DNA of 64,000 nucleotides from Thermoanaerobaculia bacterium (GTDB lineage: Bacteria; Acidobacteriota; Thermoanaerobaculia; Multivoradales; Multivoraceae): contig OY761158.1 of the NCBI GenBank assembly GCA_963664405.1, forward strand, positions 288,001-352,000. Reading direction: 5' to 3'. The notes below the pieces were generated by a model. It was not told the origin of the DNA. It searched no databases and saw only the letters and a program-made list of their open reading frames with translations. This document shows positions 46,193 to 55,937 of the stretch, one piece after another; position 1 is the stretch's first letter, and each line of letters begins with the position of its first letter. A program made the translations under genes and the position numbers.

Positions 46193-47373
46193 CGCACCGC
46201 CTCGTACAGAGCCTGCACCTCTGCTATCGGCAGAGGTCGAGGATTGTGGCCCAGAGTCCACTGCTCCATCGCCTGCTCCGAGAGCCCGCCGATCTCATCG
46301 CCGTCAACGTCCACCTCGTGCAAGTGGCCGGGCAGAGCGCCGAGCGTGCGCAGCTCTTCCAGGCGCGCCGCGAGCTCTTCGCCGCCGCCTCGCTCGCCCA
46401 CCGCCTCCAGCAGCTCGCCATAGAGACGGTCGACCGCGCAAGCGTTGGCGCGCACCACGGAAGGCAGCATCAGCGCGACCGCCACTCCGTGGGTGACGCC
46501 GAAGCTCGCCGTCAGGGGATTGGCGCAGGCATGGGCGGCGCCGAGCATCGAAGTCTCGATCGCTTCCCCGGCGAGATGAGCGCCGAGCAGCATGGAGCCC
46601 CAGATCTCTTCGCTGGCCTCGCCGTCGACGACTCTGCGATAGCCGCTGTCGAGAATTCGCCAGGCCTCACGTGCGTAGAGGCGAGAGAGCGGGTTTCCGG
46701 TCTTGGTCACGTAGCTCTCGACCGCATGCGCCAGGGCGTCGTAACCGGCGACCCGAACGACCTCGAGGGGAGCGGTCGCGGCTAGAAGAGGATCCATGAT
46801 CACCGCACTGAACCGGACTTTCTCGTCGCCGCAGGCCATCTTGATGTGCGACTTCTGCTGTGCGATGAGGGCAAAGGACTGGGCCTCGCTTCCGGTTCCG
46901 GCAGTGGAGGGCACGCCCACCGACGAGAGCATCGGCCGAGAAGCGCGATTGAACCCTCGATAGTCCTCCATACAACCGCCGTTGGTGGCGAGGAAGTTGA
47001 TCCCCTTGGCACAGTCCATGGAGCTGCCGCCACCAAGACCCACCAGGAAATCAACGGCCTCGGCGCGGGCGAGCGCAGCACCTCTTTCGACATGAGCCGT
47101 CGTAGGGTTCTCTTCCACACCGTCAAAGACCATAGCCTTGACCCCTGCGGCTCGGAGCGATTCGAGTGCGGTATCGACATGCCCCGCCTCTCGTATCCCG
47201 GGGTCGGTAACGATCAGCGCACGAGTCCCACCGATCTCTCGAACCAGGTCGCCAAGCTCGCGCAGCCGTCCACTTCCGAACAGCAGTCGTTCCCGGCGCT
47301 GGATTACGTTCCAGCCGGCCTGAGCTCCGGGCCTTCTGCCGCTGACCTCGTCCACAGACACTCTCTCTTCCAC
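46189..47373 (-). CDS. Iron-containing alcohol dehydrogenase
   Basis: GLGGGSSMDCAK, PSTAGTGSE, DALAHAVES, AHACA, THG. Confidence 0.92.
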   Translation of the reverse strand: MEERVSVDEVSGRRPGAQAGWNVIQRRERLLFGSGRLRELGDLVREIGGTRALIVTDPGIREAGHVDTALESLRAAGVKAMVFDGVEENPTTAHVERGAALARAEAVDFLVGLGGGSSMDCAKGINFLATNGGCMEDYRGFNRASRPMLSSVGVPSTAGTGSEAQSFALIAQQKSHIKMACGDEKVRFSAVIMDPLLAATAPLEVVRVAGYDALAHAVESYVTKTGNPLSRLYAREAWRILDSGYRRVVDGEASEEIWGSMLLGAHLAGEAIETSMLGAAHACANPLTASFGVTHGVAVALMLPSVVRANACAVDRLYGELLEAVGERGGGEELAARLEELRTLGALPGHLHEVDVDGDEIGGLSEQAMEQWTLGHNPRPLPIAEVQALYEAVR

Positions 47374-47406
47374 ACACTGATACGGGTCGACTGCCCGCCC
47401 GGTTCT

Positions 47407-48837
47407 CTACTCCCCACCACCGATGGCGAAAAGCTCGGAACGGGTAGCGACGTAGATGATTCCATCCTTGGCGATCGGGGTGGTGTATACCGCGCTGCCC
47501 ATGTTGTTCTCGGCGATGAGCTTCATCTCTCTACCGGTGGCGAGAACTGCGATGTCCCCGTCCTCATCGCCGATGTAGACCTTCCCATCGGCGACGAAAG
47601 CGGAGCCCCAGACGGCGGCAAAGGTGTCGTAGGTCCAGATATGCTCGCCGGTTTTCTGATCCAGGCAGTAGAGAAAGCCGCTGAGATCGGAGATGTAGAT
47701 CAGGCCGTCGTGGATCGCAGCCGTCGAAATGGTGCGAGAGAAGTCTTCGCCGCCGAAGTGCCACAGCGCCGCACTCTCGGTGACATCACCCGTCTTCGAC
47801 GCGTCGAGGGCGTAGAAGTGCCCCGGACCCTCGCCATGCTCCGGATCCTGCCCGACACCGATGTAGACCATGCCATCGAGGAAAACGGGAGTGGAGATGA
47901 TGTTATTGCGGGTGCCGGAGCCACCGAGCTCCCAGATCGAGTCTTTCGGGTTGGTGTCGAACTTCCAAATCACGTCGCCGGTTTTCGGCTCGAAGGAGTA
48001 AACCCATCCGTCGCCACCGGGGATCACGACCTGCTCTCGGCCCCCGGCGACACCGTAGGCGGCATTCGACCAGGTGCCGTGGAGGATGTTCTCTCCCGGC
48101 AAGGCGCTCTCCCAGACCAGCTCGCCGGTGTTCTTGTCGACCGCAACGAAGCTCGGGCCCAGCGGCGAAGGAACATTGACGTGCCCCTCGTCGACGCCGT
48201 TGCCGGTGGTGGCATAGATGAGATCACCCACGATCAGCGGCGATCCGGCAGCGAGATTATGGGGAAAGACATCGAGCTCCCCGATCATGTCGTAGGTCCA
48301 GATGATGTCCGCGTCATCCTCGCCTCTGTACAGCTCCTCGCTCCAGCCGTCGTTGTTGCCGTCGGCGAAGCCATCGAGGTCGGCCGCGACTACCTGCGCC
48401 CTATTCGAGATGTAGTAGACCCGGTCTCCCTCGATCGCGGGTGTCGAGCAAACGCCCTGCATTGGCCAATCATTGACCCTGCCCGCCGGCAGCTTGTCGT
48501 GGGTCGCCTGCCACAAAAACTCTCCATCGCTGGCGCTGAAGGCCATGACCACGCCCTTGTCGCCCTGGATCTCAGGCCGCAGCTCGCTCTCGTTGTTGGT
48601 GCCGACAAAGACACGACCCTCGAAGAAAACAGGACCGGCATAGGTCTGTGAGCCGACCTTCTTGCGCCATTTGATGTTCTTGCCGCTCCCCACATCCCAT
48701 TCACTGGGAAGTCCGGTCTCCGACGAGACCATGTTGCGGCTCGGCCCACCCCCGAACGTCGCCCGAGGCGAGTCCTCGGCACCGACCGCGGTCATGCTGG
48801 CAACCGATAAGAGTGCGATGGGAATCAGTGTCTTCAT
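47407..48837 (-). CDS. Secreted PQQ-like beta-propeller with acidic insert
   Basis: Signal peptide; NIKW, VFVGTNN, GVCSTP, DLDGFADGNNDG..DADIIW. Confidence 0.85.
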   Translation of the reverse strand: MKTLIPIALLSVASMTAVGAEDSPRATFGGGPSRNMVSSETGLPSEWDVGSGKNIKWRKKVGSQTYAGPVFFEGRVFVGTNNESELRPEIQGDKGVVMAFSASDGEFLWQATHDKLPAGRVNDWPMQGVCSTPAIEGDRVYYISNRAQVVAADLDGFADGNNDGWSEELYRGEDDADIIWTYDMIGELDVFPHNLAAGSPLIVGDLIYATTGNGVDEGHVNVPSPLGPSFVAVDKNTGELVWESALPGENILHGTWSNAAYGVAGGREQVVIPGGDGWVYSFEPKTGDVIWKFDTNPKDSIWELGGSGTRNNIISTPVFLDGMVYIGVGQDPEHGEGPGHFYALDASKTGDVTESAALWHFGGEDFSRTISTAAIHDGLIYISDLSGFLYCLDQKTGEHIWTYDTFAAVWGSAFVADGKVYIGDEDGDIAVLATGREMKLIAENNMGSAVYTTPIAKDGIIYVATRSELFAIGGGE

Positions 48838-48839
48838 AT

Positions 48840-51023
48840 TCAATTCACCGTAACCTTGAAGTTGTCGAAAGAGACCTCGGCGGCAGAATAGCCGGTCAGA
48901 CCGACCGAGCCCCGGGGTATCGGGTACGGATCCTCGACCGAGAGCGTCCATGTCGCCGGCTCGGGCGTTCCCCGGGGCCAGACCTTACCCTGTACAAGGG
49001 CTCGGTTCTCGTCGCTCTCGACTCGCAGTAACACGGTGTACCACTGGTCCATCTCCAGGGTGTAGTCGGCGGTCTCGTCGATCCGTAGCGTCGCCGTCCA
49101 GGAGCGTATCTGCACCCGTTGGTGGATCCCGAGCAAGTCGAAAATGTACCCGCTGTTGATCACTCCCCCATCGGAGCGTCTCCGGCCTTTTTGCTCGAGC
49201 TTGACGTCGACCTGGACACTGTAGCCGCTCAACGAGGGCGGCCCCATCAGCAAATGCGAGCGTAGGAGCCCGGCTTCGGCGACAGGCTTGACCAACACAG
49301 AGGCGTCCTCGGCACTTCGCTGCTCATAGCGCCCCGAGCCGATCCAGCCGCCGTGCTTGGGCCCCGAGAAGTCTTCGCTCCACGGCAGCGAGGGAAACAC
49401 ACGCACTCGCGCCGCGGCGGAGAGCTCGCCAACGCGAGCCGTCACGGTACCCGCCTCGAACCCGGCGTCGGCCTTGATCGACAGAGTGTTCCCCACCGGG
49501 GCGCCTCCCACGCCCTTGCTCTCCCATACCGCTCCACCGGCATTCCCCAGCGGACGGCCCTTGGCGTCAAACGTGGCGATCTCGAACTCAACAGACTCTC
49601 CCGGGCTCAGGGTCGTTTCGGCAGGGATGACGAGCAGCGTCGCGGGCTTACCCGAGGCCGCGCCTTCATCGCCGAGCTCGGGAGCCGGCGACTTGGTGAT
49701 GCCGAATGGGGCGTCTTTACTGCCGAGGCAGTAGACACCCTCCTCGGTGGTGAAGTAGATCCGTCCGTAGGCCACCGCCGGCGAGCCGTAGAGCTCGGCG
49801 TAGCGACCGCTGGCGACCGTCACCTCGTTTCGGCTAAGCACCTCCGCACCCTCAGCACGGGGTCGAAGGATAGTGAAACGGCCGTTGGTCTCGGGCGCGT
49901 AGATCTTGCCGTCGGCCCACACCGGCGAGCTCTTACCGACCGTGCCAATGCTCTCTTCCCAGTAGACCTGCCCGGTCTCGAGGTCGAGTGCGGCGAGATT
50001 CCCCGAGTTGTCGACGACATAGACGCGTCCATCGTGCACCATAGGGGAGGGGAAGCCGATCTGCTGCTCATTCCAACGCCACCGTTCATGAGTCTCTGTG
50101 ACATCTCCACTGCCGGTCGCATCAATTGCAACCACCCGCCCCAGGGTGCCTTCGTCGATGTTCTCCTCCGAATGCGAGATATACACCGTCGTTCCGTGGA
50201 TTACTGGAGAGACATTGATGCCCCGCTTCGACAGGTTGAAGCTCCACACCTTCTTCCCGGTCCTCGACTGGAGCGCATAGACGTGACCATCCGCGTTGCC
50301 GCCAATCATCAGCCGCTGGCCCCCGATCACGGCAATCACCGGAACCGACTGGGTATTGCGGTCGAAGACCATGACGCCGGGGGTCGACATCCACGCCACC
50401 GCCCCCGTCCTCTTGTCAAAGGCGAAATAGCGATGTCGAGGCGGTCCCTGCGGGCCCCAGCTACCGTTGATCATGTTGACGATGACCCGGTCCTCGTCGA
50501 TAACCGCGGAGGCGGTGCGCCCACCATAGCCCTCGAAGCGGCCGAACTCTTCTTTCAACGAGCGAGACCATACGATCTCGCCTTCGTTGTCGAGACAGAG
50601 AAAAGTACCGTTGACCAGCTGAGCGTAGATGTACCCGGTGTCGGGATCACCGACGAGCGAGGCCCAGCCCACCCGGTTGAAGGGCACAGTGGTGAGATAG
50701 AGGCTGAAGCTCTTCTCCCAGACCTTGCTGCCATCTTCTGCATCGAAGGCGGCGATGACCGCCTGCCGGTGCACACCGTCGCCGGTGCGCCCATTGACGA
50801 ACACTCTCCCGCCCATGACCACCGGCGTCGAGCGGCTGATGAAATCTTGCCGCCACAGCAAATTCTCGCCTTCGGGACTCCAGGTCGAGATCAACCCGGT
50901 CTCGCCTGAGACTCCATTCTGACGCGCCCCCCGCCACGACGGCCACTCCTCCGCCAACGACGCAGCAGCTACCAAGCCGCTGAGTCCGATCAAAAAGGCC
51001 ACATGATGCCTTCTCGTCTTCAT
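48840..51023 (-). CDS. Secreted PQQ-like beta-propeller with C-terminal Ig/lectin-like domains
   Basis: EEWPSWRG, propeller repeats, C-terminal GKVWPRG..EP..W...FDNFKV. Confidence 0.85.
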   Translation of the reverse strand: MKTRRHHVAFLIGLSGLVAAASLAEEWPSWRGARQNGVSGETGLISTWSPEGENLLWRQDFISRSTPVVMGGRVFVNGRTGDGVHRQAVIAAFDAEDGSKVWEKSFSLYLTTVPFNRVGWASLVGDPDTGYIYAQLVNGTFLCLDNEGEIVWSRSLKEEFGRFEGYGGRTASAVIDEDRVIVNMINGSWGPQGPPRHRYFAFDKRTGAVAWMSTPGVMVFDRNTQSVPVIAVIGGQRLMIGGNADGHVYALQSRTGKKVWSFNLSKRGINVSPVIHGTTVYISHSEENIDEGTLGRVVAIDATGSGDVTETHERWRWNEQQIGFPSPMVHDGRVYVVDNSGNLAALDLETGQVYWEESIGTVGKSSPVWADGKIYAPETNGRFTILRPRAEGAEVLSRNEVTVASGRYAELYGSPAVAYGRIYFTTEEGVYCLGSKDAPFGITKSPAPELGDEGAASGKPATLLVIPAETTLSPGESVEFEIATFDAKGRPLGNAGGAVWESKGVGGAPVGNTLSIKADAGFEAGTVTARVGELSAAARVRVFPSLPWSEDFSGPKHGGWIGSGRYEQRSAEDASVLVKPVAEAGLLRSHLLMGPPSLSGYSVQVDVKLEQKGRRRSDGGVINSGYIFDLLGIHQRVQIRSWTATLRIDETADYTLEMDQWYTVLLRVESDENRALVQGKVWPRGTPEPATWTLSVEDPYPIPRGSVGLTGYSAAEVSFDNFKVTVN

Positions 51024-51137
51024 CTCGCCTCTTTCTGCATTTTGTGCCTATGAACCGCCTCGAAGATCACTGAGCTCACGGAGAGCGGGCAAACCTCCAC
51101 CCTTCAGGGTCAAGACGCCGCCGAGCGCATTGTCGTT

Positions 51138-52586
51138 TCAGTCTCCCACAAGGGAGATCAACTGAGGAGGCGAATCTCGGCCAGATTCCGGCATTGCGAG
51201 AGCGTATAGCACCTCCGAGGTCAAGAGATACAGAGACTCGCCGTCAGCCACGAGAGAGCGAAAGATGGGCGCACCCATAACGATCTCGGAGAGCACTTCG
51301 AGCGTGCGCCCCGCCCGCAGCACTGTCACCTCTCCATCGGTATCGGCAACATAGACCTTGTCCTCGACAACCAGCGGCGAAGCCCAGATCGAAGCGAGGG
51401 CGTCGTAGCGCCAGTAGAGCTCCCCCGAAGCGGCATCGAGGGCGACAACGAACCCGTCGAGGTCCGCGGCGTAGACCAACCCCTCTTCCACCGCCACCGT
51501 CGCAATAGCTCGACCAAAGCTCTCCCCACCGAAGTGCCAGGCGACTTCCGGCCCGATCTCCGGCCCGGAGGGAGCTTCTCCGCTCGGCAGATCGAGACTC
51601 CACAGACTTCCCGGCGCCGAGCCCTGCTCCGGGTCGCGCCCCATCGGGAAGTAGGCACGCCCCTCACTCACCACCGCCGAGGCAACCAGCGCATGTCGAT
51701 CTCGACCTACGGGAGCCTCTCTATCGGGGGCCGCATTGCCGTCGAATTTCCACAGCAGCATTCCACTCGGGTCGAACGAGTAAAGCCATCCGTCACCGCC
51801 GGGAAAGAGAACTTGGGACCGCAGGGCGCCGCCGCCGATTGCGGTCGGGCTCGCCCACTGCCCGTCTACTAAGCCCATCCCAGGGGAGGCGTCCTTCCAC
51901 CGCAGCTCGCCACTCTCTCGATCCACAGCGATGAAGCTCGCTGCCTCCGGCGCCGGCACCCGTCCACTATCGTCGATCCCGTTGCTGGTGACGACAAAGA
52001 CGAGATCGCCGACGACCGCCGGGGTGGACGCCGACATGAAATGCGGCACCACGCCCAGCTCCTCCCTCATGTCCAAGCGCCAGACAACGTCGGCATCCTC
52101 TTCTCCTTGGCGAGACTCCCCAACAAACGGACCGTCGTTCTCGTCGTCGATAAAGCCCTCGCTGTCGACGCACATCAGCTCTCCGCGATTCGACACGTAG
52201 TAGACGCGATCGTCAACGACGGTGGGGGTCGAGCAGAGCCCCTCCATCGGAAAATCGAGCTCCTCCGAGAGTTTCTGGTGCGTCGCCTGCCACAAGAACA
52301 TCCCGTCGGCGGCCTGAAACACCATCAGCACACCCAGGTCCGCGGACTTTGTCGGGTCGCGGGGCCGAGCATTGTTGGTACCGACGAAGACCTTGCCTCC
52401 AGCAACGACCGGGCCGGCGTACGACACCGAACCGACAGCGGCGCTCCACCGCACGTTCTCGCCCGTCTCAGCGCTCCAGCGAAGTGGCAGCTCGCCAGCC
52501 ACCGCGCCGGCGACGAGGGGATGACTTACAACGACGACGACGATCCTTCCCCCGAAACGCCGCAGCTTCGGTCTCATCTCTCTCAT
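51138..52586 (-). CDS. PQQ-like beta-propeller, paralog of 47407-48837
   Basis: NVRW, VFVGTNN, GLCSTP, EGFIDDENDG..DADVVW. Confidence 0.85.
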   Translation of the reverse strand: MREMRPKLRRFGGRIVVVVVSHPLVAGAVAGELPLRWSAETGENVRWSAAVGSVSYAGPVVAGGKVFVGTNNARPRDPTKSADLGVLMVFQAADGMFLWQATHQKLSEELDFPMEGLCSTPTVVDDRVYYVSNRGELMCVDSEGFIDDENDGPFVGESRQGEEDADVVWRLDMREELGVVPHFMSASTPAVVGDLVFVVTSNGIDDSGRVPAPEAASFIAVDRESGELRWKDASPGMGLVDGQWASPTAIGGGALRSQVLFPGGDGWLYSFDPSGMLLWKFDGNAAPDREAPVGRDRHALVASAVVSEGRAYFPMGRDPEQGSAPGSLWSLDLPSGEAPSGPEIGPEVAWHFGGESFGRAIATVAVEEGLVYAADLDGFVVALDAASGELYWRYDALASIWASPLVVEDKVYVADTDGEVTVLRAGRTLEVLSEIVMGAPIFRSLVADGESLYLLTSEVLYALAMPESGRDSPPQLISLVGD

Positions 52587-52620
52587 CGATCCGCAGTCTA
52601 CCGAGATGCCGGGTCACGCC

Positions 52621-52657
52621 AAAAAGGAAACGCCCCGGCATTGCCAGCCGGGGCGTT
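52621..52657 (-). terminator. Intrinsic terminator after the VWA gene
   Basis: Stem AACGCCCCGGC/GCCGGGGCGTT followed on the minus strand by TCCTTTTT. Confidence 0.7.
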
Positions 52658-52685
52658 GACGCAACCCACAGGAGGAGGGAGTGGG

Positions 52686-54308
52686 TCAGCGAAGAAAGCT
52701 CGCGTTCGAGGCGAAGGTCTCACCGCTCGCCTTGTCGTAGAGCGCAAAGAGCATGTCGTGGTCTCGACTTCTCATCTTGAGCGTGGTCTGAAAGGTCCAA
52801 AGATCGTCGCCCTGAGGCTCGTCAATCCGCGCGACCGAGATCGGGATGACCGGAACGGCGGCTCGGTTCCCATTCTCATCCTGCACCGCCACTCGAAGCT
52901 CCAGCGAGCCGACCCAGTTTTCACCAGTCGGGATCAGGGTGAGGTCACTGAGCGGAAGTCGGACGGTGATCGGCAATTCGATTTTGCCCCAACCGGCGCG
53001 AACCGCCTCGCCAATCTCGACCTCGAGAGCCATTGCGCCCGCCGGGTTACCGAAGATCAGTGCGCTCTCGGTCGCCATCGCCAGCTCCTGTGAGCGAGAG
53101 AGATCAGAGTAGCCCTGCCGGGTACGAACCCGCAGCGCCTTCGGCAGCGCTTGTACGCGAATGTCGTGAGGGCGATCGTCACCCACCCGGGTGGGAGTAA
53201 AGCCCAGCCAGTAGTAGGACCGAGTGTCGGCGGCTACCTCACCGAGCGGAGCGTCGCGCTGACCGTTGATGAGGGCGATTCCCCCGGTGTCGCGGGCAAT
53301 CCTCTCCAGCCCGTAGTGAACCTCCTGTTCGCGATAGAAATCGCGGTCGCTGAAGATTCCCAGGAAGGCGCCTGACGCCGTGTTGGTGATGCCACTGGCT
53401 TCGAGGCCGGCGACATCGACGGGATACAAGGTGTATCCGAGCAGATTCGCGGTCTCGGTCATCGGAGAGTAGAGCTCGAAGCGGTACTCGCGCTCGAAGA
53501 GTAAGCGATAGGGGTCGGCAACCGCATACTCCGCCGGTTGATCGGCCCAGCCGCCGGTGAGAAGCAACATGACTTTGCGTCCCGGTGGGTTCCCGAATCC
53601 GCGCAGCGAGGCCGAGGCCGAAGCCACACCGTTCTCGAGCTGCGAGCGCAACAGGTCGATATAGGCGCGCTCTTCAGGATCGAGATAGTTGCTCGAGCCG
53701 CTCCTCGACACCCATCGATTGAAGAGCAGGCCTCGGCCGTGCTCGAAGTTGCGCAGCTCGGCGAGGCGTCGCGTTCCGTAACTCGGTCGCTGGGCTGCCG
53801 CCCGCAGGGCTTGAGTGAGATCGCGCTGGGACTGACTCCAAGTCGACAGCATCTCTACTTTGCTGCCGTCCCAAGCCACCACCGCCATGCGATCCTCGGG
53901 GCCGAGAAAACCGAGCTCGTCTTCCAACGCGCTCAACACCCGTCGACGATCGCCGGGAATGGTGAAGAACTCATCGACGAAGACCAGATAGCTGGTACCC
54001 ACCGGCCGGCCTGGGACCACGGAGGGCAAGGCCCCCGCCTCTCCTTGTTTGGAGATGACATCACCACCACGGATCTCGGAGAAGAACTCGATGGGCGTCA
54101 ATTGCCCATCTACGAAAAGTTGGAAGTCATCCGCGGAGAGGTCGGGGACCCGCACTCCATGTCGATCGGTAACGACTGTTTCTACATTGACGACGTTGAC
54201 GTCGACGCTCTCGAAAAAGGTGGGTCCACCTTCGTCGATCGCGATCACCGGCGCGCCGACTGCGACACCGATGAGGAACGTTGCGAAAAGTGATCTTGCT
54301 GATTTCAT
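52686..54308 (-). CDS. Acidobacterial-type VWA domain protein
   Basis: FFESVDVNVVNVETVVTD..G..V.DL..DF, PGRKVMLLLTGG, IARDTGG, SYYWLGF. Confidence 0.85.
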   Translation of the reverse strand: MKSARSLFATFLIGVAVGAPVIAIDEGGPTFFESVDVNVVNVETVVTDRHGVRVPDLSADDFQLFVDGQLTPIEFFSEIRGGDVISKQGEAGALPSVVPGRPVGTSYLVFVDEFFTIPGDRRRVLSALEDELGFLGPEDRMAVVAWDGSKVEMLSTWSQSQRDLTQALRAAAQRPSYGTRRLAELRNFEHGRGLLFNRWVSRSGSSNYLDPEERAYIDLLRSQLENGVASASASLRGFGNPPGRKVMLLLTGGWADQPAEYAVADPYRLLFEREYRFELYSPMTETANLLGYTLYPVDVAGLEASGITNTASGAFLGIFSDRDFYREQEVHYGLERIARDTGGIALINGQRDAPLGEVAADTRSYYWLGFTPTRVGDDRPHDIRVQALPKALRVRTRQGYSDLSRSQELAMATESALIFGNPAGAMALEVEIGEAVRAGWGKIELPITVRLPLSDLTLIPTGENWVGSLELRVAVQDENGNRAAVPVIPISVARIDEPQGDDLWTFQTTLKMRSRDHDMLFALYDKASGETFASNASFLR

Positions 54309-54527
54309 GATCCAGGTAGCCTCCATTTGTTTTGCTCTTAACATCTCTGTCCGGCGCTCACCTCTACCGCAAGAGCCATGCCCGCTTGTTGCTACCGACC
54401 TAAGCCACTGCTACAGCTCTACTTGCGCTGCGCCCCGAATCCGCGACGGATTTCATGGCATCCGGCAGGGAATCAAACTGTCACCCCCAGAGGACACCCA
54501 ATGGGGACTGCAAATCAGGCTCTGAAG

Positions 54528-55891
54528 GGATGTGTCCCGTTTTTTGTGGAAATGGGTTCAGGCGTAGTCCTCCGAGTCGTCTTTTGCTAAATCCTACCGT
54601 TTACGCGGCCCTCTCAACCTCGAGCAGGAGCTGAAGCGCCCGGTAGCCGTTAATCCTTCGCAGGTGTATCTGCCCGAAGGCGACGAGCCCCCAGAGGAGC
54701 GTGACGCCGGCAGCCTCGGTGGCAAAGGAGCCCTGGGTTTTAGTGCGGCGACGAAACTCGCGGTTCAGGTTCTCCAGAGCGTTGGTCGTGCGCACCGAAC
54801 TCCACAGCGATTTGGGGAGCTCGTAGAAGGTCAGTAGCTGGAACCCTGCCTCCTCAAGGCTGCGAGCCACCGCCGGGACTAGTCGCGACCACTTGGTGAC
54901 GAACGCCGCGTAGGCCTTGCGGGCCTGTGCCGCGTCCTCGGCTCGTACGATCGAGTGCCAGTCACGCCGCAGCTCGTCGTGTGCGTGCACCGGGCAGTGT
55001 TTCTTCAGATTCTCCCACTTGTGTTGGACGCAGCGCTGGACTTTGACCTCAGGCCAAGCCTTCAGCGCCGCGGCCAGCCCTTTGTGGCCATCCGTGACCA
55101 GGTAGCGCGGAGCCTGAAGACCTCGGGCCTTCAGATCCTCGATCAGCCACTTCCAGTGCTCGGCGGCCTCGCTCGCGGCTAAACGTAAGGTCACCAGCAC
55201 CTTGGTGCCGTCCGGAGTCACACCCAGCACCACCAGCACCGGTACCGAGACCACTCGACGGGCCAAGCGGACCTTCAGGTGAAAGCCATCGAGAAACAGA
55301 AGCACGTAGGACTCCTCCGACAGATCGCGCTCACTCCAGCGAGCAAAAAGCTCCTTCAGCCGAGACACCACACGCGAAACTGCGCTCTTGGACAGGTGCT
55401 CCTCACCCAGCAGCGGAGCCAATGCCTTCTTGATCCGGCGGCTGTTAGCGCCAGCCAGATACGCACCCAGGATCGCGTCATCGACCTCCTGCGTACGACG
55501 AGCGTAACGCGGCACGATCGCACTGCGAAACTCTACGCTGGCCCCATCCTCGCCGACTAGCCGTCCTCGTGGAATGTCCAGTTCCTTCGACCCACACGCC
55601 GTCGTGATCAGACGACGCTGCTTGCCGTTGCGATAGCCCGCACGCTCGCCTGAACGCTCGTAGGCGCTGCAGCCCAGCGCCTCGGACAGCTCTTCCTCGA
55701 GTGTGATCTCGATCGCCGCACGAACACGCTCGCGTAACAACGAACGAATGTCCTGACGGAAGCGTGCAGCTTCCCCTTCCTCGTTGATATTCTCCACCAT
55801 GGCGTAATCCTCCGTTCGCCCTAACCGGCGATGTGTTTGACCACTAGGAGGTTACGCCATTCTCAATTTCCACAGCATTCGGGACGGATCC
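54528..55891 (-). mobile_element. IS256-family insertion sequence, 1364 bp
   Basis: Imperfect TIRs GGATGTGTCCCGTTTTTGTGGAAAT / ATTTCCACAGCATTCGGGACGGATCC; 8-bp target duplication CTCTGAAG at 54520-54527 and 55892-55899. Confidence 0.92.
54601..55800 (-). CDS. IS256 family transposase
   Basis: GYRNG, LFLDG, VTDGHKGL, QRCVQH, TTNALENLNREFRRRTK. Confidence 0.95.
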   Translation of the reverse strand: MVENINEEGEAARFRQDIRSLLRERVRAAIEITLEEELSEALGCSAYERSGERAGYRNGKQRRLITTACGSKELDIPRGRLVGEDGASVEFRSAIVPRYARRTQEVDDAILGAYLAGANSRRIKKALAPLLGEEHLSKSAVSRVVSRLKELFARWSERDLSEESYVLLFLDGFHLKVRLARRVVSVPVLVVLGVTPDGTKVLVTLRLAASEAAEHWKWLIEDLKARGLQAPRYLVTDGHKGLAAALKAWPEVKVQRCVQHKWENLKKHCPVHAHDELRRDWHSIVRAEDAAQARKAYAAFVTKWSRLVPAVARSLEEAGFQLLTFYELPKSLWSSVRTTNALENLNREFRRRTKTQGSFATEAAGVTLLWGLVAFGQIHLRRINGYRALQLLLEVERAA

Positions 55892-55937
55892 CTCTGAAGC
55901 GAGGAAGCTACTCGGGTTGCGACACAATAGCTCCGCC

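Noticed and set aside
44450-50909. Long plus-strand ORFs (44450-46423, 46846-48651, 49353-50909)
   Set aside because: Antisense shadows of well-supported minus-strand genes, expected at high GC; no motifs.
51024-51137. MerR/CueR-type operator (TTGACCCTGAAGGGTGGAGGTT on minus strand)
   Set aside because: Weak symmetry, no suitable -10 at 19-bp spacing and no MerR gene nearby.
45032-52586. Calling the propellers PQQ-dependent dehydrogenases or BamB
   Set aside because: Only generic propeller repeats are visible; no pqq genes, no quinoprotein ADH signature and no bam context.
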